Shown here one piece after another: positions 63,223-64,000 of a stretch of DNA of 64,000 nucleotides. The stretch covers positions 1,984,001-2,048,000 of the forward strand of contig CAJFCJ010000003.1 in the NCBI GenBank assembly GCA_904063045.1, written 5' to 3'. The notes beneath the pieces were generated by a model. That model was not told where the DNA came from. It worked only from the letters and a program-made list of their open reading frames with translations, and did no database searches. The position numbers and the translations under genes are program-made. This DNA comes from Dimorphilus gyrociliatus. Taxonomy: Eukaryota > Animalia > Annelida. Positions within the stretch are counted from its first letter, which is position 1; each line of letters opens with the position of its first letter.

Positions 63223-63813
63223 TTAATCAAAGAGTCTAATAGAAGAGTTCAAAACTTTCCAAGTGTTGTTTTCAGCAATTAATATAAACTGAGAACTGAA
63301 GAGTTTTAATTTATCATCATTAAAACTGACAGTTCCACTAACAGAAACGATCGTAGAGGGTTTCCCTGATCTTTCGGCTGCAATGAGAACTTTGAAAAAT
63401 TATTTTCAAAATAGAGCGAGTCATACCTGCACATGTTATCGGTTGTGCATCGACGCATTCAACGTTGTGCTTGGAAGTTGGAAATTTTTCAAAATATTTA
63501 CTAATATTATCCCCCGTCACCTTCTCTCCTGACCATACCATTTCAGACATCGGTAAAAAGAATTTATTCAGATTCTAAATTGATTATATCATTAGAAAAC
63601 TAAAATACTATTATTACATATACTATTTTTGTATTACATGACGCTGCCGATCCATTGCTTCGTAAAATAATTCAACAAACTTTAAGCCGGTTTCATCAGC
63701 CGTTTCAGAAGTAATTATAGATGCCTCCTGTGAGCGATAGCAAAGTATATTAAGTGTGTACAATCAATCAGTATAGCTTGAGATAATTTTCATATAATAA
63801 TTACCAGACTCAT
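63223..63813 (-). CDS. NXT1/p15-like NTF2-fold export factor, paralogue B (4 exons)
   Basis: MSL / EASIITSETADETGLKFVELFYEAMDRQRH / NLNKFFLPMSEMVWSGEKVTG...VECVDAQPIT / ...TIVSVSGTVSF...LFSSQFILIAENNTWKVLNSSIRLFD*. Confidence 0.82.
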
Positions 63814-63967
63814 TTTGAAGAATTATAAATAGTTTAACTTCCACTTTTGGACCTAAAAGTAGTTCGATTATTTCGATATGGTAGAGAGCTTAGTTTGATA
63901 AAAACTGGTAGAAGTGTCGCTGTGTTTTGTCAAAACTTCCGGTTTCTAGCCTCTAGTTCCCCTGATA

Positions 63968-64000
63968 ATGGCGTTCACATTCGCTGCTTTTTGCTACATA
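63968..64000 (+). CDS. CNIH1: Start of a cornichon homolog (truncated by the window end)
   Basis: ATG GCG TTC ACA TTC GCT GCT TTT TGC TAC ATA = MAFTFAAFCYI, essentially the cornichon N-terminus MAFTFAAFCYM. Confidence 0.8.
   Translation, partial: MAFTFAAFCYI

Overview
This window is eukaryotic, not prokaryotic. It is AT-rich and extremely gene-dense (about 28 protein-coding genes or gene ends in 64 kb), with typical introns of about 45-65 nt and intergenic gaps often under 300 nt. The gene set (FMR1, Dmbx1, MALT1, RIC3, NPY-type GPCR, cadherin, CEP192, selenoprotein L) points to an aquatic invertebrate bilaterian with a miniaturised genome; a small annelid such as Dimorphilus is a guess by inference only. 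I hand-assembled exon structures from GT/AG sites and reading-frame continuity. Strongest hidden signal: at 48822-49793 the ORF track is broken by two in-frame TGA codons (LLRHLA-TGA-VP-TGA-RRHV), followed by a canonical type II SECIS hairpin at 49805-49874. This is a UxxU (di-selenocysteine) selenoprotein L that ORF callers fragment. Other highlights: COPS9 lies inside what looks like the first intron of hexokinase on the same strand; an unrecognised tail-anchored protein with four tandem copies of an unnamed domain sits just downstream of a perfect RFX X-box; there are two divergent NXT1-like paralogues; and there are candidate alternative cadherin tails and a candidate regulated microexon in PP2A-B''. 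I saw no tRNA, rRNA, CRISPR array or intact transposon.
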